64,000 bases of DNA, taken from the IMG/VR virus record IMGVR_UViG_3300010965_000001, positions 146,563 to 210,562 of that record. The stretch is one strand, 5' to 3'. The notes beneath the pieces are model-generated. The model made no database searches. It was not told where the DNA came from and worked only from the letters and a program-made list of their open reading frames with translations. The first letter of the stretch is position 1. Each line of letters begins with the position of its first letter. Of the stretch, positions 43,985 through 54,655 are shown one piece after another. The position numbers were made by a program, and so were the translations under genes. The stretch comes from a virus. Lineage: Duplodnaviria; Caudoviricetes.

Positions 43985-44272
43985 CGCCTTATTTGCTTTT
44001 TTATATAATGCGTTAAAAAGAATCATGTCCCACCCATTTATACTCTGCGCCGAGACCCCATTCACCTGACCAGCAATATGAATAGAATTCGTTTCATTCA
44101 ACATCCATTGCTCACTTGCTAAATTAAAGAATGCAAACTCTCGCATACTCTCATAAATAGGATTTGAACATTTTAGCAGAAATTCCGTTGTAACAGTTAT
44201 ATTGAACGTTGTGGTTTTGTTATTTTTTAGTAAATAAAACAAGTCCACAGTTTTCTCATATGCTGATTTCAT
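43973..44272 (-). CDS. Doubtful hypothetical protein
   Basis: 99 aa ORF, but the ATG lies only 2 nt from the -10 box of the promoter at 44275-44303. Confidence 0.3.
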   Translation of the reverse strand: MKSAYEKTVDLFYLLKNNKTTTFNITVTTEFLLKCSNPIYESMREFAFFNLASEQWMLNETNSIHIAGQVNGVSAQSINGWDMILFNALYKKANKALTL

Positions 44273-44274
44273 AT

Positions 44275-44303
44275 AATATAACCTTTATTTATTGGAAAGT
44301 CAA
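44275..44303 (-). promoter_or_regulatory. Sigma70-type promoter
   Basis: TTGACT-N17-TATATT. Confidence 0.75.
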
Positions 44304-44321
44304 CGCCTAAATAAAAATAAA

Positions 44322-44391
44322 TTCAAGGCGACCCGCTTACGGATTGGCTTACTCTATCGTCAGATTTTTCGGAGTCTGACCGAGCCTTGAA
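44322..44391 (-). ncRNA. 70-nt three-way-junction RNA
   Basis: TTCAAGGC/GCCTTGAA, GTCAGA/TCTGAC, CCG-TAAG-CGG; starts at the predicted TSS. Confidence 0.55.
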
Positions 44392-44403
44392 CTTTATGTA
44401 TTA

Positions 44404-44432
44404 AATATAGTAACTTTTTAGGCAAATGTCAA
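44404..44432 (-). promoter_or_regulatory. Sigma70-type promoter
   Basis: TTGACA-N17-TATATT. Confidence 0.8.
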
Positions 44433-44441
44433 CGCCTAAAA

Positions 44442-45488
44442 TTAACTTGTTGCTTCACCAAAATGAAGACAGAATGGGTGACCGTAATCCTGTGTTTCAC
44501 AAGGAGGAACTCTACCAAAAATAAGACACCAAATATGTTCTGGGTCAGTTGGCAGTGGGTCATATGATACAGTATTTCCATCTGCAACATACATACCACT
44601 TCCAGTAGGTTCCCATCCATAACTCAAATTCTCACCCCACCATATACGTGTTTTTGGATTTGGGTTGACCATAGTGATAGTGTGTTTAAGTCTTCCATAT
44701 GCACCAGGGCTTGTAGACCGCACATAAGTAACTACATCTGGAATACGTTGTTTAGTTATATTAAAATTATTATATGCAAAACATTGTCCATGATTTTGGC
44801 TTGTAATCATCGTGTTTACGAGAACATCCTCATCACCAAATAATGGGAGTGTAACTTTAACAGTCCATGTTTTTGAAGTAGTACACCAATCATCCGAAGA
44901 TAAGAGTTGATACGATGCACCGTTATTCGCAGCAATTGCCAGCGTGTACGGTTCATTGTCAATTCCATATCCAGAATTAGTAATGTCAAATGAATATATG
45001 TTTTCAATCATACCAGTATATTGACCAGTCTGAGTTGTAACACTTGACTGTAAAGTACGGTTAAAAACAGGAATCACATGTGTTGGTTCTGGTGGAGGTG
45101 GTGGAGTAAACAATGGATATTGAACGCCAACAAGCGTACATCCAACTACATACCAATTACCATAAATCACCACATATATCTGGCACGAACCTGGGGATGC
45201 ATTTGCCGTCAACGCTCTCCACGAATGTGTAGATGGATTACATCGTTGTGAGTAATAATTGTAAGTTCCACCCACTCCACCTGTTCCCTCTATGGCTTCG
45301 GGTCCATACGGCCAGAACACATCCGAATTGGCAATCGGAATATTTGGGAATGTGACATCGTACACTTCCGCTGTGAAATCAATTCTATATGATGTGTTTG
45401 TGTTTGTTACTGTTTGTACATACCGAACCCAATACTCCGCTTCACCCACGGGTGTACCACCTACCGCAACTGCTACTGCTTCTGTCAT
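44442..45488 (-). CDS. Hypothetical beta-rich (possibly virion) protein
   Basis: 348 aa; AGGAG RBS; TATTTATA upstream; Pro linker. Confidence 0.7.
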   Translation of the reverse strand: MTEAVAVAVGGTPVGEAEYWVRYVQTVTNTNTSYRIDFTAEVYDVTFPNIPIANSDVFWPYGPEAIEGTGGVGGTYNYYSQRCNPSTHSWRALTANASPGSCQIYVVIYGNWYVVGCTLVGVQYPLFTPPPPPEPTHVIPVFNRTLQSSVTTQTGQYTGMIENIYSFDITNSGYGIDNEPYTLAIAANNGASYQLLSSDDWCTTSKTWTVKVTLPLFGDEDVLVNTMITSQNHGQCFAYNNFNITKQRIPDVVTYVRSTSPGAYGRLKHTITMVNPNPKTRIWWGENLSYGWEPTGSGMYVADGNTVSYDPLPTDPEHIWCLIFGRVPPCETQDYGHPFCLHFGEATS

Positions 45489-45536
45489 TTATTTCTCCTA
45501 TGTTTAAGTTTTTAAATATGAAAACCGTTTAACGTC

Positions 45537-45577
45537 TATAAATATCTGTATTTTTTTTAAACTGTATGATATTTATA
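45537..45577. promoter_or_regulatory. Divergent pair of putative late-promoter motifs (TATTTATA)
   Basis: 45537-45544 faces the minus gene; 45570-45577 faces the plus gene. Confidence 0.55.
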
Positions 45578-45666
45578 GACAAAGGTTCACAACACACTTA
45601 TTTCGACTTTAAATAATTAACATTCTCACTAGTCGATGGGAATTAAACTAAATAAGGAGACATATC

Positions 45667-46443
45667 ATGTACAAGAATAAATTCCTCGCTATAATCAAAA
45701 AAGACGGTAAACCAGTTAGAGAACTTGCTGGAGCATATATCGGACTTCCATTTAATACCGAATACACAATTGAACTTAGAAATGACAATTATCAACGTGC
45801 TTTAGCCAAAATCTACATTGATGGCATGGAAGCGGTGATGGGTGGTATCGTAGTTGATGCCAAAAGTGCAGTTACATTAGAAAGATTTGTATTAGATGGA
45901 AATATGACTGAAGGGAAACGATTTAAATTTGTAGAACTTACCGATGCAACTGGGATGGACCCACAAGACATGAAAAATGGTATAGTGGAAATTATATTTA
46001 CTTTAGAAAAGGCTGTGGCAAGACCAAGACCTGAACCCTTCCCCTCAACAACATGGTACCATTCTAGTTCAATATATAACGAAGGAAGATATGGTTATAA
46101 CGGCACTACTTTCAATCGTTCCGTATATGAACCATCGGTCACATGTACAAGTAATACACTACATTCAAATACAAGTAAAACATTATTGTTCGATTCACAG
46201 GTAAACTATTCGGCTCATCCCGTTCAAAAGCAAGGAGTCACCGCGGAAGGGAGTGTAAGTCATCAACAGTTTACAGAAACTACGATGGGAGAATTGGAAA
46301 AAGATTCCACAACAATTACTTTCTTCTTAAAGGGTGTTGATAATACTGTAACAATTAAAATTTACTGTACAAAGTGTGGTAAAAAGACTAAATCTGACCA
46401 CACATTCTGTCCTCATTGTGGTGCGAGGATAGAACTTGAATAA
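45667..46443 (+). CDS. Conserved phage hypothetical protein with C-terminal Zn ribbon
   Basis: 258 aa; EY.I.LRN...IDG...LERF...KRFKF; CTKC...CPHC. Confidence 0.75.
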   Translation: MYKNKFLAIIKKDGKPVRELAGAYIGLPFNTEYTIELRNDNYQRALAKIYIDGMEAVMGGIVVDAKSAVTLERFVLDGNMTEGKRFKFVELTDATGMDPQDMKNGIVEIIFTLEKAVARPRPEPFPSTTWYHSSSIYNEGRYGYNGTTFNRSVYEPSVTCTSNTLHSNTSKTLLFDSQVNYSAHPVQKQGVTAEGSVSHQQFTETTMGELEKDSTTITFFLKGVDNTVTIKIYCTKCGKKTKSDHTFCPHCGARIELE

Positions 46444-46452
46444 ATTACATAA

Positions 46453-46478
46453 TCCTCCCGTAAAACGGAGGATTTTTG
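46453..46478 (+). terminator. Intrinsic terminator
   Basis: CTCC(C)G-TAAAA-CGGAG hairpin followed by TTTTT. Confidence 0.65.
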
Positions 46479-46522
46479 TTTATAAAATGATATTTATAAC
46501 TACATTACAGTAATATCATCAA

Positions 46523-47101
46523 ATGGAGAAAACAATGGCAGACTATGTAGTTTATACGGACAAAGAAGGTTTATTTGAATGCAGTGTTGACGTAAAAGGT
46601 GCGTCTACTAAGAATGCAATCGCACGTCTAATCTTTGAAAATACTAAGATGAACGTTATGTTCAACGGAGAAATCAAAGATAACAAATGCACGATTCCTC
46701 TTACTAAATTTAAAGACATTTTAGATGAAAATTCTAAAGGTGAAGTTAGATTAGAAATCATTGTCGAAGATACATACTTCACACCGTGGAAATCACAATA
46801 TTTGGTAGATGTAGCCAAGACTGTTACGGCAGAAGTTAAGCCATCAATCACTGAATCTAAGAAAGTATCAGTTACAGTGGTTACTCCAAAGGTGGCACCT
46901 ATTAAAGTTGAGATTAATCATTCCACTGTATTAAAGGAACAGATTGTTGGTAAAGGAATCAACAAGAAAAACATCAAGACGCATGTCACGAAATTAAAAC
47001 AAATTGTTGAATCATATTTCAATGACAAGTATCCAACTGTTGATGCACAGGAAAAGAAGAACATCATTCGTGACACATTACTTTTAATCAAAAAGAGCTA
47101 A
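46523..47101 (+). CDS. Hypothetical protein
   Basis: 192 aa; TATTTATA upstream. Confidence 0.65.
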   Translation: MEKTMADYVVYTDKEGLFECSVDVKGASTKNAIARLIFENTKMNVMFNGEIKDNKCTIPLTKFKDILDENSKGEVRLEIIVEDTYFTPWKSQYLVDVAKTVTAEVKPSITESKKVSVTVVTPKVAPIKVEINHSTVLKEQIVGKGINKKNIKTHVTKLKQIVESYFNDKYPTVDAQEKKNIIRDTLLLIKKS

Positions 47102-47104
47102 TAC

Positions 47105-47752
47105 ATGCCAACCTATCCACAATATGATTTAACAGTACAATATATCTCCGAGAGTTATCCGAGAGTATTACAGACGATAGGTGCAGGACAGGTATTGGAT
47201 GGTGTTGGTAATACTGTTTTTAACACAAATGATTTTGTAGTAAGTTCGCAGACATCTTCTATTTTAGTTGTCTCAGCATCGTACTCACTTACTGCATCGT
47301 ATGCACTTAACAGTGGTGCTACAATTGATTCAAGTTCGTTCATTACCAATTCACAAACAGCATCACTACATGTGTTAAGTAGTAGTTATGCAGTATCTGC
47401 ATCATGGGCACCTGCGGCAAATGTCGATTTTAGTTTGTATGTGTTAACATCACAAACAAGTTCAATGTCAGTTGCAACTGCATCATACGCCCTCAACGGT
47501 GGAACTGGCGGTTCTCCATTAGATACAGGTTCTCTTCAAGATGTTACCGCAACAGATTTTATTAAGACACGAAGCGGAACAATAACAAGAGATGTAAATG
47601 GACGCATTCAGTCCATAAACAAAATTGGCGGTAGGACAATCACACTAAGTCGTGATGGTAATAACAATATCACATCTGCAACGGACGGGAAATATACATA
47701 CTCATACGTAAGAGATATAAATAATAAAATAATTTCATGGGCGGTAATATAA
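47105..47752 (+). CDS. Fibre-like protein with S-A-S-Y-A repeats and YD-like C-terminal repeats
   Basis: 215 aa; repeated SASY/TASYAL; TRDVNG, SRDGNN, VRDINN. Confidence 0.55.
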   Translation: MPTYPQYDLTVQYISESYPRVLQTIGAGQVLDGVGNTVFNTNDFVVSSQTSSILVVSASYSLTASYALNSGATIDSSSFITNSQTASLHVLSSSYAVSASWAPAANVDFSLYVLTSQTSSMSVATASYALNGGTGGSPLDTGSLQDVTATDFIKTRSGTITRDVNGRIQSINKIGGRTITLSRDGNNNITSATDGKYTYSYVRDINNKIISWAVI

Positions 47753-47753
47753 T

Positions 47754-50700
47754 ATGGCAACATACACTGTCACATCAAGTGCAAATATAGATATTTATGG
47801 AACCAAATCTGGTTCAGACACATACAATATTAATGCTGGTTACTTAACAGTTGACCAAGATTATAGGTATGGTCTTAATGGAGTATTGACATCGTGTTTT
47901 GGAAATATTACACTTTCAGATACCCTCGGTGGTACTATATTATTTGATAGTACGGGTATTAGATTATTTCCATATATTTCAGGGGCTGGAAATGTTCCAG
48001 TCGGAAATACGTTAATCACCCAAGGGACTGCGACAGGTAAGTTGATTGGTGCGTATCCAACATTAACAGCACGCCCACAGGTAGCAGGTACAGTAATTTC
48101 AAGTTCTGGATACCTAAAAGTCAAACAATGGAATGGTGTTCCGTTTGGAACTGGTTCATTAACTGGTGCTCCCATATCATGTTCCACTGCAGACGTTGCT
48201 GGATGGATGGAAATTCCTGCAATGGAAGCTCTTACTGCAACAGTTAATAGATTAAATACATTTGTTGTCAGGGGTGCATGGTATAACTTAGGAACTACCG
48301 ACGGGGATAGGAATACACCATATCAAATTCCTACAAATGGTTCAGTTGTAAATTATTTTCCTGGTGTTTGGGTAGAAAAAACTACTGGGTCTTTAAAAAC
48401 AGATGACGATTATGAATTTTATCCATGTGCAGGAACCGTTGCAGCACTGTCTGCATCAATTGCAACTGACGCAATGAGAGGTAAAGTGTGTTGGATAACC
48501 TCATCAACTGCACAAGTTAGATTTGGAAGTAATGGTCTTGTTTCTACTGGTGGATACATTCCAGATGCTGGATTAAATGTAAGAATACCAAATATATTTT
48601 TCGTAAATGTTACACCAGTTTCAAACAACACTGGTCAGAATGTTCTACCAAATGCGACATTAGCAACACGTTATGACTTCACTACGACAAATGCTGGAGT
48701 TATTGATATTGATAAGTGTAGTATGAGTTGGTATCCAAGTTTTACTCAGCCATTCTCCGTACGTATTTCAAGTTCAGCATTTATGACACAGTTGTTTGTT
48801 CAAGAAATCGCATCACCAATTAACTGGTATCAAGTTGGTGTAGGACAGGAGGCGGCGAATGGTCAACTTGGATTGTCGATGGCAACATGTTTTGCTGGTG
48901 GTAAAATGGATAAGTGTACGTGGACGGCAGCTTCCCTTGGTGCATCTGGACGATATGTAACTTCATTAACGGACTTGTCAGGATTTACAGTTACGAATGA
49001 ACGATGTGTCACCCTTGCAAATAAACTTAATTCGGCAGCTGGTGTAGGAACATTCACAAGAGTCGCAAATAGTTCATGGACTAATACTTTAATTGGTGGT
49101 GGTAGAATATTATTAACAACATGCACGGATGTTTCATTCATATCCTCATCGTATTATGATGCACCATCACTTAACACGTTGTCTGTAAACCCAATGTACA
49201 TGTTCGATTTGACAACGAACTGTCTTAGAATCACAATGGACAATATAAATTTTGGTGGATTGGTGATGAATCAACCCTACAACGGTTTATTAAACGTTGG
49301 TTCTGCGGGATGTACTGATATTAAATTACGAAATATTGGAACGTATGAGAATCAACTTGAACTTGGTTCACCAAGAATAAAAGACGCACCGTGGACTCGT
49401 GTAACAACAACTGCAACCGTTACATCTCCAAATCACGGACTACTACCTGGTAATATTATTTATGTGATTATATCAAATGACCCTTCCGCAATTGCGGTTG
49501 GTCTTAAAACAATTGTGGGAATACCCACCGTAAATACATTTACGTTTGCGGCGACTGCAGCGTCTACGGCAGGTGGTACGTTGTCATATTACGGTGTGAT
49601 GTCTGCGTATGTTTTTGCATTGGCTAGCAGTGCCGCGGCGAATACAGTAAAAATTCAGAGAGTATATACAGACCACTCTCGCACCAATATATGTATTACG
49701 GACAACTCAAGTAAAAATATCCTCATCGAAAATACATTTGGTGACCCAGTGGATGCACCAGTTTCTGCACAATTAAACGGTACTCATAGAGGTCTCGGTG
49801 CAACGCACGCACTTACTGGACAGACATCATGTTATGGTACACATTGGATTGATAATTACATCGCACATCCTACACTTAGTACATCTAGTATGAGATGGAC
49901 AAGGAATGTTGCAATTATTTCCGCGTCTGCCGTTGACCATAGATTACGTACGGGTATTCCTATAACTGTAATCTCATCAAGTGATATATATGCAGTAAAT
50001 CTTGGATACAAAACTATAAACGCTGTGACAGAAAACACATTCTCATTTATTGGTGTTAATGTTAGTGGTTCATCTGGAACAATATCATATCAAGTACACA
50101 ATGGTAGAATTGGATTATTGATGAATGAATCTACATCCGATACAATTGACCAATATACTATTGATTCTGGTTCCACCGCGTTCACATCAGTTGGTGGTCT
50201 TTTCATGCCATCGGTAGGTGACCAAATTACATTTACTACACCATATTATATTCTTGGTCATCGTGCATTTCCAATTTCCGATGTAACCATTGCTGGTGGT
50301 CTATTCCCAAATTATGATATTACATATGCAATGGATAAGGGTACTGGTGTCTTCGGTGACTTCCATAATTTATCATATATCAGAACTGGTTCGTCAGGGG
50401 TCTCAGGGTCATTGACATTTAATGTGTCTGGTGCTGCAGGCGTTCAGATTGGTGATTACATCTCAGGTTCAGGAATTAGATGTACGTCAATAGTGACGAA
50501 CGTGTCTGGAAATACCATAACAACAAATCTTCCAACATACTCAGTTGTGTCTGGAAGTATTAGATTCAATCACATACCAACGGAAGAAATAAATCCTGCA
50601 GTTGGTGTTAAGTTAAAGATACGAATTAAGACAATGGTGCCAAACACGACAGCAATTACATCATTGTTTACACCTACAACAAGTGATGCCGACAGTAGAG

Positions 50701-50993
50701 CATATCAATACGTATTAGAATCAAATACTGCATTACTTAAATTGACTGGATTGATAAGTGGTTCAGAAATCAGAGTATTCCCATCGGGGTCAAGGAACGC
50801 ATTGGCATCTGTGGAAGATTCTGGAACAGAATTTACATATTCATACACTTGGGCAGGTACAGACATCCCCGTTGACATCGTAATACATAACGTAAGTTAC
50901 GAATATATACGATATTCAAATACGTTGTTAGGCACAAGTGGATTGACGATACCTATTCAGCAAAGATTTGATAGGAATTTCTCCAATGTGTAA
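47754..50993 (+). CDS. Large tail-fibre/adhesin-like protein
   Basis: 1079 aa; G/S/T-rich beta-helix-like; two related W.R....A.V...H.L..G..I.VI.S.D modules. Confidence 0.55.
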   Translation: MATYTVTSSANIDIYGTKSGSDTYNINAGYLTVDQDYRYGLNGVLTSCFGNITLSDTLGGTILFDSTGIRLFPYISGAGNVPVGNTLITQGTATGKLIGAYPTLTARPQVAGTVISSSGYLKVKQWNGVPFGTGSLTGAPISCSTADVAGWMEIPAMEALTATVNRLNTFVVRGAWYNLGTTDGDRNTPYQIPTNGSVVNYFPGVWVEKTTGSLKTDDDYEFYPCAGTVAALSASIATDAMRGKVCWITSSTAQVRFGSNGLVSTGGYIPDAGLNVRIPNIFFVNVTPVSNNTGQNVLPNATLATRYDFTTTNAGVIDIDKCSMSWYPSFTQPFSVRISSSAFMTQLFVQEIASPINWYQVGVGQEAANGQLGLSMATCFAGGKMDKCTWTAASLGASGRYVTSLTDLSGFTVTNERCVTLANKLNSAAGVGTFTRVANSSWTNTLIGGGRILLTTCTDVSFISSSYYDAPSLNTLSVNPMYMFDLTTNCLRITMDNINFGGLVMNQPYNGLLNVGSAGCTDIKLRNIGTYENQLELGSPRIKDAPWTRVTTTATVTSPNHGLLPGNIIYVIISNDPSAIAVGLKTIVGIPTVNTFTFAATAASTAGGTLSYYGVMSAYVFALASSAAANTVKIQRVYTDHSRTNICITDNSSKNILIENTFGDPVDAPVSAQLNGTHRGLGATHALTGQTSCYGTHWIDNYIAHPTLSTSSMRWTRNVAIISASAVDHRLRTGIPITVISSSDIYAVNLGYKTINAVTENTFSFIGVNVSGSSGTISYQVHNGRIGLLMNESTSDTIDQYTIDSGSTAFTSVGGLFMPSVGDQITFTTPYYILGHRAFPISDVTIAGGLFPNYDITYAMDKGTGVFGDFHNLSYIRTGSSGVSGSLTFNVSGAAGVQIGDYISGSGIRCTSIVTNVSGNTITTNLPTYSVVSGSIRFNHIPTEEINPAVGVKLKIRIKTMVPNTTAITSLFTPTTSDADSRAYQYVLESNTALLKLTGLISGSEIRVFPSGSRNALASVEDSGTEFTYSYTWAGTDIPVDIVIHNVSYEYIRYSNTLLGTSGLTIPIQQRFDRNFSNV

Positions 50994-51065
50994 GGATTCG
51001 TACACTTAATTACTTTTACTTTATATTTATTAATAATACTAACGATACATTATTCGGAGAACCCC

Positions 51066-52391
51066 GTGGGAAAAATTACAGACCCAGATTTACTCATTAG
51101 AAACACACATTTAATATTTGATACGGGAAGCCTTCGTATTCAACTTTCTGCCAGCGGTGTATTAACCGCCTCTGAGGGTGTTACATTACAGGCAGTCTAT
51201 TCGAAATGTAAAGAATTATGGAAATCACAAGATGACCTTATCAAATTCACATTCCCATTGACCGCTATTACGGAACAGAAATTTGACGTAGTTGGTGGAT
51301 GGGATTGGGCAGATACAGCAACCAAAACTTACATTAGAGATGGTGGATGGGCTGTAAAAAATGCAAGTAATGTGTCTACGGAAGAGTGGATGGGATTCAA
51401 GACTCTTGGTACCATAGGTGATACAGACCAAGTTTATATTCAACAGACTGGTTCGATTACATCATCAAATACAGTCTTCCAAGGACAAGTCAATGAGGCG
51501 GTAAAAATTTATACATCTGGTTCAAACGACTATAGAAATTATTTTAAGTGTTTCGTTAGAGAACAAGGAAAAGTGTATGACCAATCACAGTTATCTGCAA
51601 TTGGTATCGGTGCAGTTACTTATCAGGTATACGCATTCCCTCTTGCAAACGCAACCGACACTAAAATTACTGCTACCGATGCGACAATAACAGGTAGTCA
51701 ACCGTTTGTGTCTATGTCGATTACATATTATACTGGTTCCGTGTTACGTGCGGTCGGTGGTAACAGTTATCACTTCAATACTATCATCGATGGTAACAGT
51801 GGAACCAAAACACAAATCTATGAGGGTATACAATACAGACTTAGAACTTCGGCTGATATTGATTCTGGTTCAGGTGTTGTTATTGGAAAGACCGCCGACT
51901 CATTGTTAAAGTTTGTTGGTGATACACTTGTTGGTAGTCCCGGAGTATTCATAGATAACTATCTTCCAGCCGACATTAACAGTTTAGAATTCTACGACAC
52001 GGGAAGTAATAAACGTGTATTCCCATTCGTTGCAGCAGGAACAATTACATTCAACGATAACATGGTTGCAGATTCTAATGCAATTTACAAAATGTATTTT
52101 ACATCAGTTCCACTTGGAGCGTTTGGTTCAAGTTCCGCAGTCATCGTAAATAACAATGCTGGTTCACCAATAACAGGTAGTGTTAGTGGTAGTACAAGTG
52201 TATCATTTACATTTGATTATGACTTTAATAGCCAAGGTGGACGTACCTCTGGTTCAGATGCCGCAGTTACAATCGTGGCAATTGGATTAGATACGGCACA
52301 ATATGTAAAAACAACTGGAACAATCGTACGTTCAAACGCAAACGCATTCTCTCTTGTGTCTTCACTTGAAAGAAACTATAGTAATATTTAA
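51066..52391 (+). CDS. Hypothetical virion protein
   Basis: 441 aa; GTG start after GGAG. Confidence 0.65.
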   Translation: MGKITDPDLLIRNTHLIFDTGSLRIQLSASGVLTASEGVTLQAVYSKCKELWKSQDDLIKFTFPLTAITEQKFDVVGGWDWADTATKTYIRDGGWAVKNASNVSTEEWMGFKTLGTIGDTDQVYIQQTGSITSSNTVFQGQVNEAVKIYTSGSNDYRNYFKCFVREQGKVYDQSQLSAIGIGAVTYQVYAFPLANATDTKITATDATITGSQPFVSMSITYYTGSVLRAVGGNSYHFNTIIDGNSGTKTQIYEGIQYRLRTSADIDSGSGVVIGKTADSLLKFVGDTLVGSPGVFIDNYLPADINSLEFYDTGSNKRVFPFVAAGTITFNDNMVADSNAIYKMYFTSVPLGAFGSSSAVIVNNNAGSPITGSVSGSTSVSFTFDYDFNSQGGRTSGSDAAVTIVAIGLDTAQYVKTTGTIVRSNANAFSLVSSLERNYSNI

Positions 52392-52409
52392 TAATAAGGA
52401 ACTTAAATA

Positions 52410-53771
52410 ATGTCCAATTCATATATACAAGTGCCACCAGATGGTTCTGGAAAAAAGGTTTATTCAGAACAACATGTGATAAGTGGTTCGACGGTACAGG
52501 CACAGATAATACATATCGCAGACCATCTCAATCCAACATATTTACAACATGTAAATGTAAAGGGAGCGGCATCAGTTACCTATGCCGAAGGTGAACCATC
52601 AATGGATGCATTTGGAAACTTAAGAGTAGGTCATGCAAATGCAATAGCAACATATGACCACACTACAGATGCAATGGATGATTTATATACAACAGTTCTA
52701 ACAAACGGAGGAACTTCTGTACATGACACAAATATGTCATCCATTGTAGTAGCGGTTACAAATGGAAGTGGGTCAAAAGTCACTAGAACAACTGACCGAT
52801 ACCACTACTACCAACCGGGAGTTGGGGTATTGGTTATTCAGACGATGGGAATGGGAGATTCCGGAAAAAATGGTAACATTCGTAAGTGGGGATTATATGA
52901 CGATAATGATGGACTGTATTGGGAATTAAGTGGGTCAACTTTATGTGTGGAAATTCGTTCATCTACAAGTGGAGTAGTCGATTCATCAAACGTTCCACGT
53001 TCTTCATGGAATGGTGATAAATTAGATGGCACGGGTATTTCTGGAATGGTATTAGACTTGACAAAAGAAAACTTTTATTGGATTGACTTTGCATGGTTGG
53101 GAGTTGGAGTAGTTAGATTTGGAGTGTTGGCACCAGATGGTTCGCGTGCAGTGTGTCATACATTCCAAAATCCAAATGCCAATACAGGTCCATACATGCG
53201 CACCGCCACACTACCGATTCGATATGAGAATTACAACAAGAGTGGAACCGCGGGCATTACGCAGATGAGAGCAGTTTGTGCGGCAATTTACGCAGAATCA
53301 CAGACAGATTATACATATTGGAGATTCTCTGATATTGAATCGTTAAATAAGACAGTCACTACAAACACTCCAATACTGTCAGTTCGTAGTACAGGAAGTT
53401 TCAATGGTATAGTAAATAGAGTTACTGTTTACCCTGACACATTATCAGTATATGTTTCTGGTAGTGATGTTAAATTGGACATATACGATGGTGTAACAAC
53501 ATTTACAGGAGAAACTTTTACGGCTGGATATTCTACATTAGAATCTGACGTATCTGCAAGTGCAATTGGGGACGGATATAAGTTCGTCACACAATATATA
53601 CCACAAGGTTCACATAACATAGATTTAAAATCATACTTTGAATTGAATGATGCTGGTATTGCAACATCGGCTGGTACATCACAAGGGTCAGCACTTAGTT
53701 TTCTTGGAACTTCATTAAACGGTATACCCTCTAAAGTAACAATGACACTAACATACAGAGAGTTAAGATAA
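52410..53771 (+). CDS. Hypothetical virion protein (lectin-like core)
   Basis: 453 aa; YQPG.G...WG.YD..DG.YWE, YWIDFAWLGVG.VRFG. Confidence 0.65.
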   Translation: MSNSYIQVPPDGSGKKVYSEQHVISGSTVQAQIIHIADHLNPTYLQHVNVKGAASVTYAEGEPSMDAFGNLRVGHANAIATYDHTTDAMDDLYTTVLTNGGTSVHDTNMSSIVVAVTNGSGSKVTRTTDRYHYYQPGVGVLVIQTMGMGDSGKNGNIRKWGLYDDNDGLYWELSGSTLCVEIRSSTSGVVDSSNVPRSSWNGDKLDGTGISGMVLDLTKENFYWIDFAWLGVGVVRFGVLAPDGSRAVCHTFQNPNANTGPYMRTATLPIRYENYNKSGTAGITQMRAVCAAIYAESQTDYTYWRFSDIESLNKTVTTNTPILSVRSTGSFNGIVNRVTVYPDTLSVYVSGSDVKLDIYDGVTTFTGETFTAGYSTLESDVSASAIGDGYKFVTQYIPQGSHNIDLKSYFELNDAGIATSAGTSQGSALSFLGTSLNGIPSKVTMTLTYRELR

Positions 53772-54311
53772 ATGTTGGCATGGATTGCATATGGTGACCA
53801 GTGGAATCTCAATCATAAAGTAACATTTGATGGGGAGGCTAAGTTAATAACTGTATCACCTACGATTTCAGAAATTGATGTTAAAAATGACGTATACTCT
53901 TCTTGGAAAGAGTGGAGTTTACTTTATGATAACTTAAAGTTCGCGTCTGCAATGCGTGTTATCGGTGGTGACCCCATCGGTGGTGGTCAATATGCAGGTG
54001 ACCTGTACTTTATGATTAATGGGTGGAGACTTAAAATAGACCACACATTCAACATTACAGGAGTTATATTTAGTGATGATTATGCAAGTCCATTCTATTC
54101 AGATGGAACTACAAGTCTCGTAACTAACAAAGTGTCAAGTCTTGTTCTAACACAAGGAATCACAACAGCAAGTGGGTCTACTTCTCCAACTGCCGATGAA
54201 ATCGCTACCGCAGTATGGAATCGTGTATTATCTACAGTAACCGCAGGTCAACTATTACAAAATGTTGCACAGACAGTTGATGACAATCAAGCACTTATTA
54301 TAGCACAATAA
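53772..54311 (+). CDS. Hypothetical virion protein
   Basis: 179 aa; VTFDG..K.I...IDV..DVYS.WKEW; IATAVW. Confidence 0.65.
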   Translation: MLAWIAYGDQWNLNHKVTFDGEAKLITVSPTISEIDVKNDVYSSWKEWSLLYDNLKFASAMRVIGGDPIGGGQYAGDLYFMINGWRLKIDHTFNITGVIFSDDYASPFYSDGTTSLVTNKVSSLVLTQGITTASGSTSPTADEIATAVWNRVLSTVTAGQLLQNVAQTVDDNQALIIAQ

Positions 54312-54313
54312 TT

Positions 54314-54655
54314 ATGGCAGTCATAAAAACGACATGGACAGGCACAGATACATTGTGGTCTGAAACTCATTATACTTGGGGAGAGATTGCTACTGCCGAA
54401 GAGGTTGCCAAAATTATCACCAATCAATATGGTGGAGGGGGAGTAAAGAGTCATCCACAGGCTATTCAGCAGTGGCAGATGCAGAACCCTGAGAAGAAAA
54501 AGAAGTTAATCCAATTGTATTGTAAAGTAATGGGTCAAAAGTATGAAGCCTCCAAATATAAGAAGGACTTCACACTCTCAACCCATCAAGTAAAACTTGT
54601 TATTAATGAAGTGTTACATAAGAAGAAAATCACCGTTGATGTGATTGTTAACTAA
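54314..54655 (+). CDS. Hypothetical protein
   Basis: 113 aa; last gene of plus block. Confidence 0.6.
   Translation: MAVIKTTWTGTDTLWSETHYTWGEIATAEEVAKIITNQYGGGGVKSHPQAIQQWQMQNPEKKKKLIQLYCKVMGQKYEASKYKKDFTLSTHQVKLVINEVLHKKKITVDVIVN

Noticed and set aside
42084-44069. Track ORFs 42084-42419, 42300-42560, 43077-43265, 43117-43308, 43375-43680, 43581-44069, 43628-43816
   Set aside because: No RBS or protein motifs; they overlap tRNA-Ala and structured RNAs and look like by-products of higher GC content.
47105-47752. SASYA repeats as a diversity-generating retroelement target
   Set aside because: No template/variable repeat pair differing at adenines and no reverse transcriptase in the window.
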